Virus record (IMG/VR): IMGVR_UViG_3300050145_000014
Strand: one strand, 5' to 3'
DNA from: a virus
Taxonomy: Duplodnaviria; Heunggongvirae; Uroviricota; Caudoviricetes
DNA length: 64,000 nt
The notes under the pieces are model-generated. The model had not been told where the DNA came from. It was given only the letters and a program-made list of their open reading frames with translations, and did not search any database. Shown piece by piece: positions 36,568 through 44,382 of this stretch; position 1 is the first letter of the stretch; each line of letters starts with the position of its first letter. The position numbers and the translations under genes were made by a program.

Positions 36568-37398
36568 ATGAACCTGCTAGTTGGATCAAGGGCTTTAGCT
36601 TATTGGGATAAGTCCTTCCAAGTAAAGGAAGATACTGATTGGGATGTTATCAGCCCTGAGCCTCTAGCAGGTTGCGAATGGCATAATCCAGGTATTTTGA
36701 ATAACGCTAAAATGCTTGAGTATGCTGAAATTGACCAAGTAATTGGCCCAAATAATACAGTCCTGAGAGTAATGGACCCATACGGGTTAGCTATCATGAA
36801 AAGATCTCATCTTTGGAGAAGCTTAAGCTTTGAGAAGCACATCACGCACTACCATAAGCGTCTGGCCAGCTATCTGGAATATTTCTCTGCGTATGACTTT
36901 GAGGTTTTAGATGAGCGAACTCGCTTAACTCATGAGCAGTATCCTCAAAAGTGCCCTAAGCTAAACGTCTCTGTCAATGAGTTCTTTGATGACTATGTTA
37001 CGAAGAAATTCAACCATGACTGGTTACATGAAGTTGTTGCGTATCACCAACAGCCTCTTTACAAGTTACTCCAAAATGATGTAGAATCTGCTTGGTGCAA
37101 TTTAGATCTCTGGAAGAAGCTCTCTTATAGAGATAAGGTTCTTTGCGTAACTGAAGAGGTTACTGTCATTGCTGTTGAGAGATTTCTAGTCCCAACAGAC
37201 TGGCAAACACCGAGCAAACTAGCCTTCATGAAATCACTAGAGAAAGTCTGTACAACCCTCTGTTCAGGGTGGTTTAGAGATTTTGCTATTGATAATTACC
37301 CTCAAATCGTCCAGGAATTCTCTCAGGAGCGATTCCTAAGAATTAAACAAACAATTGATAACGCACTGAAAGGAAACTATGCCAAACTCAACGCTTAA
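36568..37398 (+). CDS. hypothetical protein (276 aa) downstream of the prs/nadV pair; no NMNAT HxGH motif
   Basis: ORF with a strong RBS; no motif recognised. Confidence 0.45.
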   Translation: MNLLVGSRALAYWDKSFQVKEDTDWDVISPEPLAGCEWHNPGILNNAKMLEYAEIDQVIGPNNTVLRVMDPYGLAIMKRSHLWRSLSFEKHITHYHKRLASYLEYFSAYDFEVLDERTRLTHEQYPQKCPKLNVSVNEFFDDYVTKKFNHDWLHEVVAYHQQPLYKLLQNDVESAWCNLDLWKKLSYRDKVLCVTEEVTVIAVERFLVPTDWQTPSKLAFMKSLEKVCTTLCSGWFRDFAIDNYPQIVQEFSQERFLRIKQTIDNALKGNYAKLNA

Positions 37399-37741
37399 AC
37401 AAACTATTTCTGAAATCCTCACTAAAGATGATGAAGCTCAACGTAACTTTTTTAATCAAGAAGTCGACGCGACCAACGGTGATATCACTGATGGGTATTC
37501 TAGTGAAAGTCGGTTCACCTTCCTAGATAACGGTATTACTTTCAAGGAAGAAGATTCCCACGGTGGTGAAGGGCAAGGTGAAGAATACTGGACAGTATAT
37601 TCTTTCACAAAGGGTGATGAGAAGGTCTTTGTGAAGTTCGAGGGCTCATACCAGTCATACAGTGGAGCTGAATACGATGACTTCTATTTTGTAGAGCCTC
37701 AAGAAAAGATGATTACAGTTTATGTAAAGACGGAAGGTTAA
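37379..37741 (+). CDS. hypothetical protein, paralog A of a tandem pair
   Basis: WTVYSFTKGDEKVFVKFEGSYQSYSGAEYDDFYFV closely matches the next ORF. Confidence 0.45.
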   Translation: MPNSTLKQTISEILTKDDEAQRNFFNQEVDATNGDITDGYSSESRFTFLDNGITFKEEDSHGGEGQGEEYWTVYSFTKGDEKVFVKFEGSYQSYSGAEYDDFYFVEPQEKMITVYVKTEG

Positions 37742-37742
37742 T

Positions 37743-38081
37743 ATGTCAAATCAAGAATTTAAAACAGAACTCCTAGAAATTCTAGGTAAGACGCCACGAG
37801 TGTCTCTAAATTCCTTCTTGACTGCTCAAATCCTAGGAACCTCCTACAAGTCAAGACTGAAAGAGTTTGACTTGAACAATATCCAAGTTGCACTAGAGGC
37901 CCGTTACGGTGGCGAGGATATGGGGACAGACTATTGGAGTGTCTTTAAGTTCACAAAAGGTCAGGAAGAAATCTATGTACAATTTGTAGGATTCTACGGG
38001 TCTTATGATGGTGCAGAGTATGATCATTTCCTAATTGTGGCCCCACGAGAAGTGACTGAAACAAAGTACTTTGCTGCTTGA
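37743..38081 (+). CDS. hypothetical protein, paralog B of the tandem pair
   Basis: WSVFKFTKGQEEIYVQFVGFYGSYDGAEYDHFLIV. Confidence 0.45.
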   Translation: MSNQEFKTELLEILGKTPRVSLNSFLTAQILGTSYKSRLKEFDLNNIQVALEARYGGEDMGTDYWSVFKFTKGQEEIYVQFVGFYGSYDGAEYDHFLIVAPREVTETKYFAA

Positions 38082-38166
38082 CATCACCCAAAAGCAGTGT
38101 ATAATTCACTTCCCGAGTTGAAAGACTACTCGGAATTTCTAAAGTAATCGCGTAAGGAGAAAACAA

Positions 38167-39159
38167 ATGGCATTTAACGCACGAGGCGTAACAAAGAACG
38201 AATCAAAATCTGAAACTGCAGTAGACTATGATGCACTGAACAAGTACGTTGTAGAGGCTGCTAACCTACAGGAACGTGAAACCCTGATTGGCTACGTGTC
38301 TTCAATTGTAGACCTAGGTCTACAAGAGCAGGAAGATGCTAAGGTAGAGTTCAGCGGCTCATCAGAAGATGAATCAAGTATCATTGCCGACAAGCCTGAT
38401 ACTTATTTCGAGACAGGTCCAGATGAAAAGGGTAGTGTAAAGCGTTGGAAGCGCTGGCCTCAGAAACCTGCTCAAGCTGTAGCAGTATCTGTGGACTTTC
38501 CTGATATCATTGTAGACAAGGGTCAATTCTTTGGTAATTCAAAGCCCCTCCCTCTACGTCTATGGATGGGTGGTCAGTTCTTCATCCAAGGTGTAGGTAT
38601 GGTTGTTGGTCGTCCTACAATGCTAAAGATCAATAAGAGTTCAGGCTTCTGGTCTTTTGATAAGAAGCACCTATTCCACAAGATGGCTGTAGCTGCAAAA
38701 CTGGTCAAGGCTGACGAAGCTTTCCTACCTCAGAACATTGATGACCTCCTAGGTAAGGCTTTCCAGTTTCAAGTCCAAGTATTCTTCAAAGAATCAAAGG
38801 GCAAGGAATACTACACCGAGTACATCAATTTTCAAGGCGGCCTAGGTCGTGGTCAAGTAGCTCCTGAGCCTCTGACACCACCTTTTACCATTCAGTTTAC
38901 TGAACCTAATAGTGCAGAAAACCTGAAGGAAATTCGTAATCATGTTATGAATACACTAAAGCGTGCTGGTGACTTTGAGGGTAGCGTAATCCAGTCTCAA
39001 CTATTAGCCCTAGACTCTGCAAAGCAAGAGCAAGAAGACCCTAAAGCACAATCTGCTGCCACTACTGCACCTAAGCCTGCAGCGAAAGTAGGTAAGCCTG
39101 TTGTGAAGAAGACAGCGGCTCCAGCTTTTGACGACATGGATGATGACATCCCGTTCTAA
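38167..39159 (+). CDS. ssb: single-stranded DNA-binding protein with a bacterial-type acidic C-terminal tip
   Basis: Ends ...AAPAFDDMDDDIPF (the canonical SSB DDDIPF tail) preceded by an Ala/Lys/Pro-rich linker; the N-terminal domain is divergent. Confidence 0.6.
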   Translation: MAFNARGVTKNESKSETAVDYDALNKYVVEAANLQERETLIGYVSSIVDLGLQEQEDAKVEFSGSSEDESSIIADKPDTYFETGPDEKGSVKRWKRWPQKPAQAVAVSVDFPDIIVDKGQFFGNSKPLPLRLWMGGQFFIQGVGMVVGRPTMLKINKSSGFWSFDKKHLFHKMAVAAKLVKADEAFLPQNIDDLLGKAFQFQVQVFFKESKGKEYYTEYINFQGGLGRGQVAPEPLTPPFTIQFTEPNSAENLKEIRNHVMNTLKRAGDFEGSVIQSQLLALDSAKQEQEDPKAQSAATTAPKPAAKVGKPVVKKTAAPAFDDMDDDIPF

Positions 39160-39199
39160 TATCTAAACCCTAGGTCTCTATTCAGGTAGAGCCCTGAGT

Positions 39200-39273
39200 C
39201 TCTCCATAACTCAATTGGATAGAGTAACTCCCTTCTAAGGAGTAAGTTAGAGGTTCAAATCCTCTTGGAGAGA
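39200..39273 (+). tRNA. tRNA-Arg (anticodon UCU); 3' CCA not encoded
   Basis: Full cloverleaf read: acceptor CTCTCCA/TGGAGAG, D-arm ACTC-AATTGGATA-GAGT, anticodon arm ACTCC-CTTCTAA-GGAGT, T-arm AGAGG-TTCAAAT-CCTCT, discriminator A. Confidence 0.8.
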
Positions 39274-39306
39274 CTCAGGGCTTTACCTAATTTTAAAAGG
39301 AATTAT

Positions 39307-39462
39307 ATGAAACTTATCCGTGCTATCTTTTCAGGTATCATATTCATTATCGGTTTTGCACTAGCTATTCTTGGTGTAATTACCTCTCTCCCAGGAAAGG
39401 TAATCCAAACTATTGGCCTTATTCTTGTAGGGTTTTCTGCAGGTATCCTCGTAGGCTTTTGA
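39307..39462 (+). CDS. small membrane protein (2 TM); start placed at MKLIRAIF
   Basis: The listed ORF 39265..39462 would begin inside the tRNA; the internal Met removes that overlap. Confidence 0.35.
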   Translation: MKLIRAIFSGIIFIIGFALAILGVITSLPGKVIQTIGLILVGFSAGILVGF

Positions 39463-39526
39463 CATGAAGCGATACCAATCTCTACTCGATGCTCTAAATA
39501 AAATCCAAACCAAGTAAAGGAAACTC

Positions 39527-39778
39527 ATGACTGAATCTACAGAAACCCCTGAACCGATGACCGCAGAACAACTCTTTGAAAAGTTTGTAGTTATCTTCAA
39601 CGAGATCGAAACCCTTGATCTAGACATCAAGGAGCTTACCGAGCAAGCCAAGGAGGACGGCATCGAAGATATTACACTGATCAAGTCAGTTGCCCGAGCA
39701 AAAGCACAAGGCAAGGTATCTGCTGAAGAAGAAAAGCTTAAGAAGAAGCTAGAAAAAATCGAAGAACTGGTTAAGTAA
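39527..39778 (+). CDS. acidic coiled-coil small protein
   Basis: ORF with an RBS. Confidence 0.4.
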   Translation: MTESTETPEPMTAEQLFEKFVVIFNEIETLDLDIKELTEQAKEDGIEDITLIKSVARAKAQGKVSAEEEKLKKKLEKIEELVK

Positions 39779-39786
39779 CCAGTCTA

Positions 39787-39820
39787 ACCCCCTGACCTTA
39801 ACCGTCAGGGGTTTTTCTTA
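39787..39820 (+). terminator. rho-independent terminator (ACCCCCTGAC-loop-GTCAGGGGGT followed by TTTTTCTT)
   Basis: A 10-bp GC-rich stem and T-run read directly. Confidence 0.6.
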
Positions 39821-39839
39821 TTTATCTGGAGGATTTAAA

Positions 39840-40238
39840 ATGTATTGTTATTATGGTGCTGACCGACTTGAGAAACTTACCACGGGGTTTATCTTTGTAT
39901 ACGGGTCTAATCTAGCTGGACGTCATGGATCAGGGGCAGCCTTAACTGCAAGAACAAACTTTGGAGCAGAGTACGGATATGGTATTGCTTTTACTGGTGG
40001 GCAATCTTATGGTATCCCGACAAAAGATGAGAATATCAAGACAATCTCTCTGACAGCTATTGAGTGCTTTGTAAAGAAGTTCAAACAAGATGCAAGGAAT
40101 CACCCTGATCTTACCTTTATTGTAACTAAAGTCGGATGCGGCCTAGCTGGGTACAAGGATGCTCATATTGCGCCTATGTTTAGAGGGAGCCCTGATAATT
40201 GCCGGTTCCATCAAGATTGGAAAGAATATCTAGAATAA
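39840..40238 (+). CDS. hypothetical protein with a Gly-rich motif VYGSNLAGRHGSGAA
   Basis: ORF with an RBS; the motif is reminiscent of Rossmann-like nucleotide-binding (SLOG/LOG-like) folds but is unassigned. Confidence 0.4.
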   Translation: MYCYYGADRLEKLTTGFIFVYGSNLAGRHGSGAALTARTNFGAEYGYGIAFTGGQSYGIPTKDENIKTISLTAIECFVKKFKQDARNHPDLTFIVTKVGCGLAGYKDAHIAPMFRGSPDNCRFHQDWKEYLE

Positions 40239-40247
40239 AGGAGAAGT

Positions 40248-41249
40248 ATGACAGAAACAATTGCAGTATTTGACTATGACGCTATTGCTTTTCGGGCCGC
40301 AGCAGCTACAGAAAAGAAACAGATCAGAGCAGTACATAAGAAGTCCGGTGATGAAAAAGTCTTTAAGTCTAGAACAGAGTTATGGGGACACTGGAAAAAG
40401 AAAGAGGGTGGATGGTTAGCTGAACAGAGAAAATCAGGAATTGATGTAACCTGGGAAGACTACGATATCACTGATTTCTCTGAACCAGAACCTATTCAAA
40501 ATGCTATTCAGATTACAAAGAAACTAATCTCTACAGCAGTGTCTGATGTAAATGCTACAAACTACTATGGGTATATCGGTGGTGCAGAGAACTTCCGAAT
40601 TGAGAGGAGTACACTTATTAAGTACAAAGGACAACGTGATGACTTGGTTAAACCTAAGCACTTGGAAGATATAAAGAGATACATTCAAACGCACCATGCA
40701 GGAGAAATTGCAAAAGGTGTAGAGGCAGATGATCTTGTAGCTGGAGATGTTTATACTGGTTTTGTCAATAGTACTAGAGTTGTTGGGATAGGATTAGATA
40801 AAGACTATAAAGGTTGTGAAGGAATCTGGTGGAATTTTGTTAATAAGAAACTACTACATGTCAAAGGTCTAGGTGAACTCTTTAGAGATAAAGACGGTAA
40901 AGTGGATGGACATGGGAGGCTGTTTAAATACTGGCAGATTTGTTATGGCGACGATGCTGACAACTACTTCGCTGCTTGCGCATCTAGACACCCTAATGGC
41001 GAGGTTGCAGCGTATGATGCATTAAAGGGTGCCAAGACAGATAAGGAAGCTTGGGAGAAGATTGTTAAGCATTTCAAGAGGCTCTACCCTGAACCAACAA
41101 CTGTCACTGGATGGAGAGGTAGCCCTATCAAGATTGATTGGATGTATGTCCTTCAAGAGATGACTGACATGGCTCACATGCAAAGATGGGCTGGAGATTG
41201 TATCCATGTCAAGAGTGTCTTAGATAAATTAGGGGTCAGTTATGAGTGA
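40248..41249 (+). CDS. 5'-3' exonuclease / flap endonuclease (FEN family; T5 D15 / Pol I N-domain-like)
   Basis: FEN-like elements: IAVFDYDAIAFRAAAA (N-terminal), YKGQR (cf. YKANR), VEADDLVA (cf. EADDVIA), ICYGDDADN. Confidence 0.65.
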   Translation: MTETIAVFDYDAIAFRAAAATEKKQIRAVHKKSGDEKVFKSRTELWGHWKKKEGGWLAEQRKSGIDVTWEDYDITDFSEPEPIQNAIQITKKLISTAVSDVNATNYYGYIGGAENFRIERSTLIKYKGQRDDLVKPKHLEDIKRYIQTHHAGEIAKGVEADDLVAGDVYTGFVNSTRVVGIGLDKDYKGCEGIWWNFVNKKLLHVKGLGELFRDKDGKVDGHGRLFKYWQICYGDDADNYFAACASRHPNGEVAAYDALKGAKTDKEAWEKIVKHFKRLYPEPTTVTGWRGSPIKIDWMYVLQEMTDMAHMQRWAGDCIHVKSVLDKLGVSYE

Positions 41250-41745
41250 GAATCTGTACACAGTAAAAGACGTTCAACGTGTCAGAGAATTTCTTATTGA
41301 AGAACAGAGCAATATTGATGCCCTAACAGAGTTAGAGATCCTCCCAAAACAAGCTGTCTTAGATCACAGTCATGATACTCAATATGTCAGAGCAGTTATT
41401 TCAAGACAGGCTAATGCGTTCTTAGGTAAATTGGAAAACAACTTTGTCAGATATTTACGACATTGGTATCCTGAAACTCTTTCAACCTTCTTAAGAAAGG
41501 CAGCTAACTACCTTGAGAAACCGGATGACCAGCGATGGGTTCACCCAGGATGGATTAAGAAGGTAACAGCAGGCTTTAACAAGCTTCCAGAGGCTCAGAA
41601 AGACGTTGTTCTCCTCAACCTAGGGTACGAGAAGGGTAAGAACTCTACAGAGCGTAAAGCAACTTTTAAAACTCTTACATTAGATAGGTCTCTCGGGTAT
41701 GAGAAAGTCATCTCAGAGATAACTAAAGCTGCATTAAGAGCTTGA
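41242..41745 (+). CDS. hypothetical protein (167 aa)
   Basis: ORF, ATGA-coupled. Confidence 0.4.
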   Translation: MSENLYTVKDVQRVREFLIEEQSNIDALTELEILPKQAVLDHSHDTQYVRAVISRQANAFLGKLENNFVRYLRHWYPETLSTFLRKAANYLEKPDDQRWVHPGWIKKVTAGFNKLPEAQKDVVLLNLGYEKGKNSTERKATFKTLTLDRSLGYEKVISEITKAALRA

Positions 41746-41768
41746 CATGGAATAGGGAATCAGTTACT

Positions 41769-41951
41769 ATGCTGAACATCAAAATCAAACAATGCAGGGA
41801 TCACCTCTTGTGGTACTCTACAAGAATCGGTGAAGTTTTTAAAATCGTAAAAGTAGATCACATAGAAGATTGGTATTGGGTTAGGACAGGTGGAGAGTAT
41901 AATACTCTAAACTTTGTCCATGCCTATGACTGTGATCTTTTATCAAATTGA
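41769..41951 (+). CDS. hypothetical small protein
   Basis: ORF 41742..41951; ATG at 41769. Confidence 0.35.
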   Translation: MLNIKIKQCRDHLLWYSTRIGEVFKIVKVDHIEDWYWVRTGGEYNTLNFVHAYDCDLLSN

Positions 41952-41962
41952 AAGGAAATCAA

Positions 41963-42487
41963 ATGCTTCATACCCCTCCCCACAAAGCTGCAGCTAATAA
42001 GTACGTTGGCGTAGCTATTTCTATGTCAACTCTATGGGCTGACACGCTTGCCTTTAATCGAATCAATGGTCAACTTCAAGACCTTACAAAAGAAGGTTTT
42101 AAGAAGCAGTTAGGTTTTATCCAATCAGAGCTTAAGGAACTTGCTGATGGGCTAGAGGCTAACGACAAAGTTGAACAACTTGACGGCTGTATTGATGTCC
42201 TTGTCACAACAATGGGCTATATGCAACGAATGGCTGAAGCCTATGGTTGTGACTTAGCTCAAGCCGCTGACCTTGTTGGTGCAAACAACCTCTCTAAGTT
42301 TCCTTCGAGTATGGAGGTTGCTATGCAATCCGTGCCTTATTACAAGGCGAAGGGGATTCCTGTAGAAGTCAGGGTTAACGAAGCCTATAATGTCTGGGTT
42401 GTTCGTAATACAGATACAGGCAAGGTAATGAAGCCTGTAGACTATGTTTCTGTAGACCTATCAAAGTGCTTCCCAACTTTGCAGTGA
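41963..42487 (+). CDS. MazG-like all-alpha NTP pyrophosphohydrolase
   Basis: SELKELADGLEANDKVEQLDGCIDVLV carries an EE..E..D-type metal-binding pattern; ATG at 41963 after AAAGGAAATCAA. Confidence 0.55.
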   Translation: MLHTPPHKAAANKYVGVAISMSTLWADTLAFNRINGQLQDLTKEGFKKQLGFIQSELKELADGLEANDKVEQLDGCIDVLVTTMGYMQRMAEAYGCDLAQAADLVGANNLSKFPSSMEVAMQSVPYYKAKGIPVEVRVNEAYNVWVVRNTDTGKVMKPVDYVSVDLSKCFPTLQ

Positions 42488-42494
42488 GGTGCTT

Positions 42495-42872
42495 ATGTCA
42501 ACAGGGAAACCAGTAAATCCTTGGAACCCTTTTCCAATTCCTGAGTTCAAGAGAGAGGTGCAGGTAACTAAATATGATTCAGGTAAGCCTCAGTTCGACC
42601 TGATACCTGCAAAAGCCCTGGAAAAAGTTGCAGAGCTTCTTACCCTAAATCTCAAGAAGTACCCTGACCGAGATAATTGGAAGAAGCTTGAGAACAATAA
42701 GGAAAGGTTCTTCCAGTCTCTTTTGAGACATATCAATAAACACCAACAAGGTGAACTTTATGACAAAGAGTCTCTTGACCCAACTACGCTGCATCTAACT
42801 GCAATTATTACAAATGCATTATTCTTACTAGAGATGCAGGTAAACCCGGACTACAATAAAGGATTAGAATAA
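42495..42872 (+). CDS. protein resembling the N-terminal domain of dATP/dGTP diphosphohydrolase (dGTP_diPhyd_N-like)
   Basis: KPQFDLIPAKALEKVAELL ... LHLTAIITNALFLLE pattern recalled for that family. Confidence 0.45.
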   Translation: MSTGKPVNPWNPFPIPEFKREVQVTKYDSGKPQFDLIPAKALEKVAELLTLNLKKYPDRDNWKKLENNKERFFQSLLRHINKHQQGELYDKESLDPTTLHLTAIITNALFLLEMQVNPDYNKGLE

Positions 42873-42873
42873 T

Positions 42874-43986
42874 ATGGAAGTTAAATTAGTAGGATATACA
42901 CAACCATCCGAGGAATTCAAGGGTGATTTCAGTTCAGTAAAAGATCTAATTGCCTATTGTGCAAGAGTGAGTAATCCTAGTAATCAATTTAATACTGAAA
43001 CTACAGACAAGTTAATTAGCTACCTACTCAAGCATAAGCATTTCTCCCCATTTGAAATGGCTAGTGCAACTATCGAGATTACAACTACACGAGATATTGC
43101 ACGGCAAATTCTACGCCATCGTAGTTTCACTTTTCAGGAGTTTTGTATTGCAGGTGATTCTAAAATCACGACACTTGCAAAAAGCGGAAGATCAAAAAAA
43201 ATACAGATTAGAGACCTCTATGAAAGGTACTCAAATAAAGTAAATTGGGATAAGTCAGATAATCTTGTAAGAGTGTTTGATGAAGCTTCTAAGACGTTTG
43301 TACCAGTGAAAATCAAAGAGGTTTTCAAGACAGGTGTGAAGCCTGTTTATGAACTTATTCTTGAGAACGGTAAAAAGGTTATCTCAACTAAGGAGCATAA
43401 ATTCCTCTCTCGTAGGGGGTTTTTACCTTTAGAGGATCTATACGATGATGATTTCATTGGATGCAGTGTTGTGTCTGTTTATCAGCCTGTCTGGAGTAAG
43501 ATAAAGAGTATCAAGTTTAAAGGTTTTGAGGAAACCTATGACATGGAGGTTGAGCATTCATCACACAACTATATTGCAAACGGGGTTGTTACTCATAACA
43601 GTCAAAGATACGCCGATCCTCGGCAATTAGGTTTTGTTATTCGTGAAACCCGTCTACAGGATTTGAAGAATCGTCAGAATAGTATCGGACTAGATCCTCT
43701 AGATATTGATGGCTATAATCTTGATCAAGAGTGGAAACGACGCCAACAAGAAGTCCTAGATATTGTCAAGGAAAACTACGCATGGGCTATTGAAAACAAT
43801 ATTGCCAAGGAACAAGCCCGAGCAATCCTCCCTGAAGGTAATACAGTTTCTCGTATGTACATGCAAGGGACTATCCGTAGTTTTATTCATTACATTGAAC
43901 TTCGCCGTGAAGAGGGTACCCAGAGAGAACACCAAGATGTTGCGATTGCTGTAGGTAAAGCTATCAGTAAAATCTTCCCTGTATAA
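42874..43986 (+). CDS. thyX: flavin-dependent thymidylate synthase ThyX, interrupted by a mini-intein
   Basis: ThyX signature RHRSFTFQEF | intein | SQRY (RHR-X7-S motif split exactly at the insertion). Confidence 0.8.
   Translation: MEVKLVGYTQPSEEFKGDFSSVKDLIAYCARVSNPSNQFNTETTDKLISYLLKHKHFSPFEMASATIEITTTRDIARQILRHRSFTFQEFCIAGDSKITTLAKSGRSKKIQIRDLYERYSNKVNWDKSDNLVRVFDEASKTFVPVKIKEVFKTGVKPVYELILENGKKVISTKEHKFLSRRGFLPLEDLYDDDFIGCSVVSVYQPVWSKIKSIKFKGFEETYDMEVEHSSHNYIANGVVTHNSQRYADPRQLGFVIRETRLQDLKNRQNSIGLDPLDIDGYNLDQEWKRRQQEVLDIVKENYAWAIENNIAKEQARAILPEGNTVSRMYMQGTIRSFIHYIELRREEGTQREHQDVAIAVGKAISKIFPV
43144..43599 (+). mobile_element. mini-intein (152 aa, Hint domain only, no homing endonuclease domain) inside thyX
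   Basis: Begins CIAGDSKI (block A), has TKEHKF (block B), ends DMEVEHSSHNYIANGVVTHN (blocks F/G) followed by the +1 Ser of SQRY. Confidence 0.8.
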
Positions 43987-44050
43987 CTAGAATAACCCTG
44001 GCAAGCATGGTATAATCGTATACTCTGTTTGCCTCTAAGAGGAGTAAGAC

Positions 44051-44380
44051 ATGCTAAAAATTATTGCGTTATCATATATCAGCGAGTCAGAAATTAAAAA
44101 AGTAGAACCGGACTTCAATGCGTCAAAAGGTGATCCAGCTTTAGAGTCGAGGTTGTATGACCTAGGTCTTGACTTTGCACGCGGGTACGAGGAACAATCA
44201 ACGATTCATCGAAACCGTTTCAACGAAGTTGTAGAATGCAAGCGTTGGGTAGGTAATGAGCGAACAGATAAGACATGGGTTACCTCAGGCTATGCTTCAA
44301 TTGAGGCGATTGATAAAGCTAGTGGTAATCGTTTAATTACTGATCTGTACCATCAAAAGGGTATGGTTGAATCGGAGTAA
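44051..44380 (+). CDS. hypothetical protein (109 aa) upstream of nrdB
   Basis: ORF with the RBS AAGAGGAG. Confidence 0.4.
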   Translation: MLKIIALSYISESEIKKVEPDFNASKGDPALESRLYDLGLDFARGYEEQSTIHRNRFNEVVECKRWVGNERTDKTWVTSGYASIEAIDKASGNRLITDLYHQKGMVESE

Positions 44381-44382
44381 CG

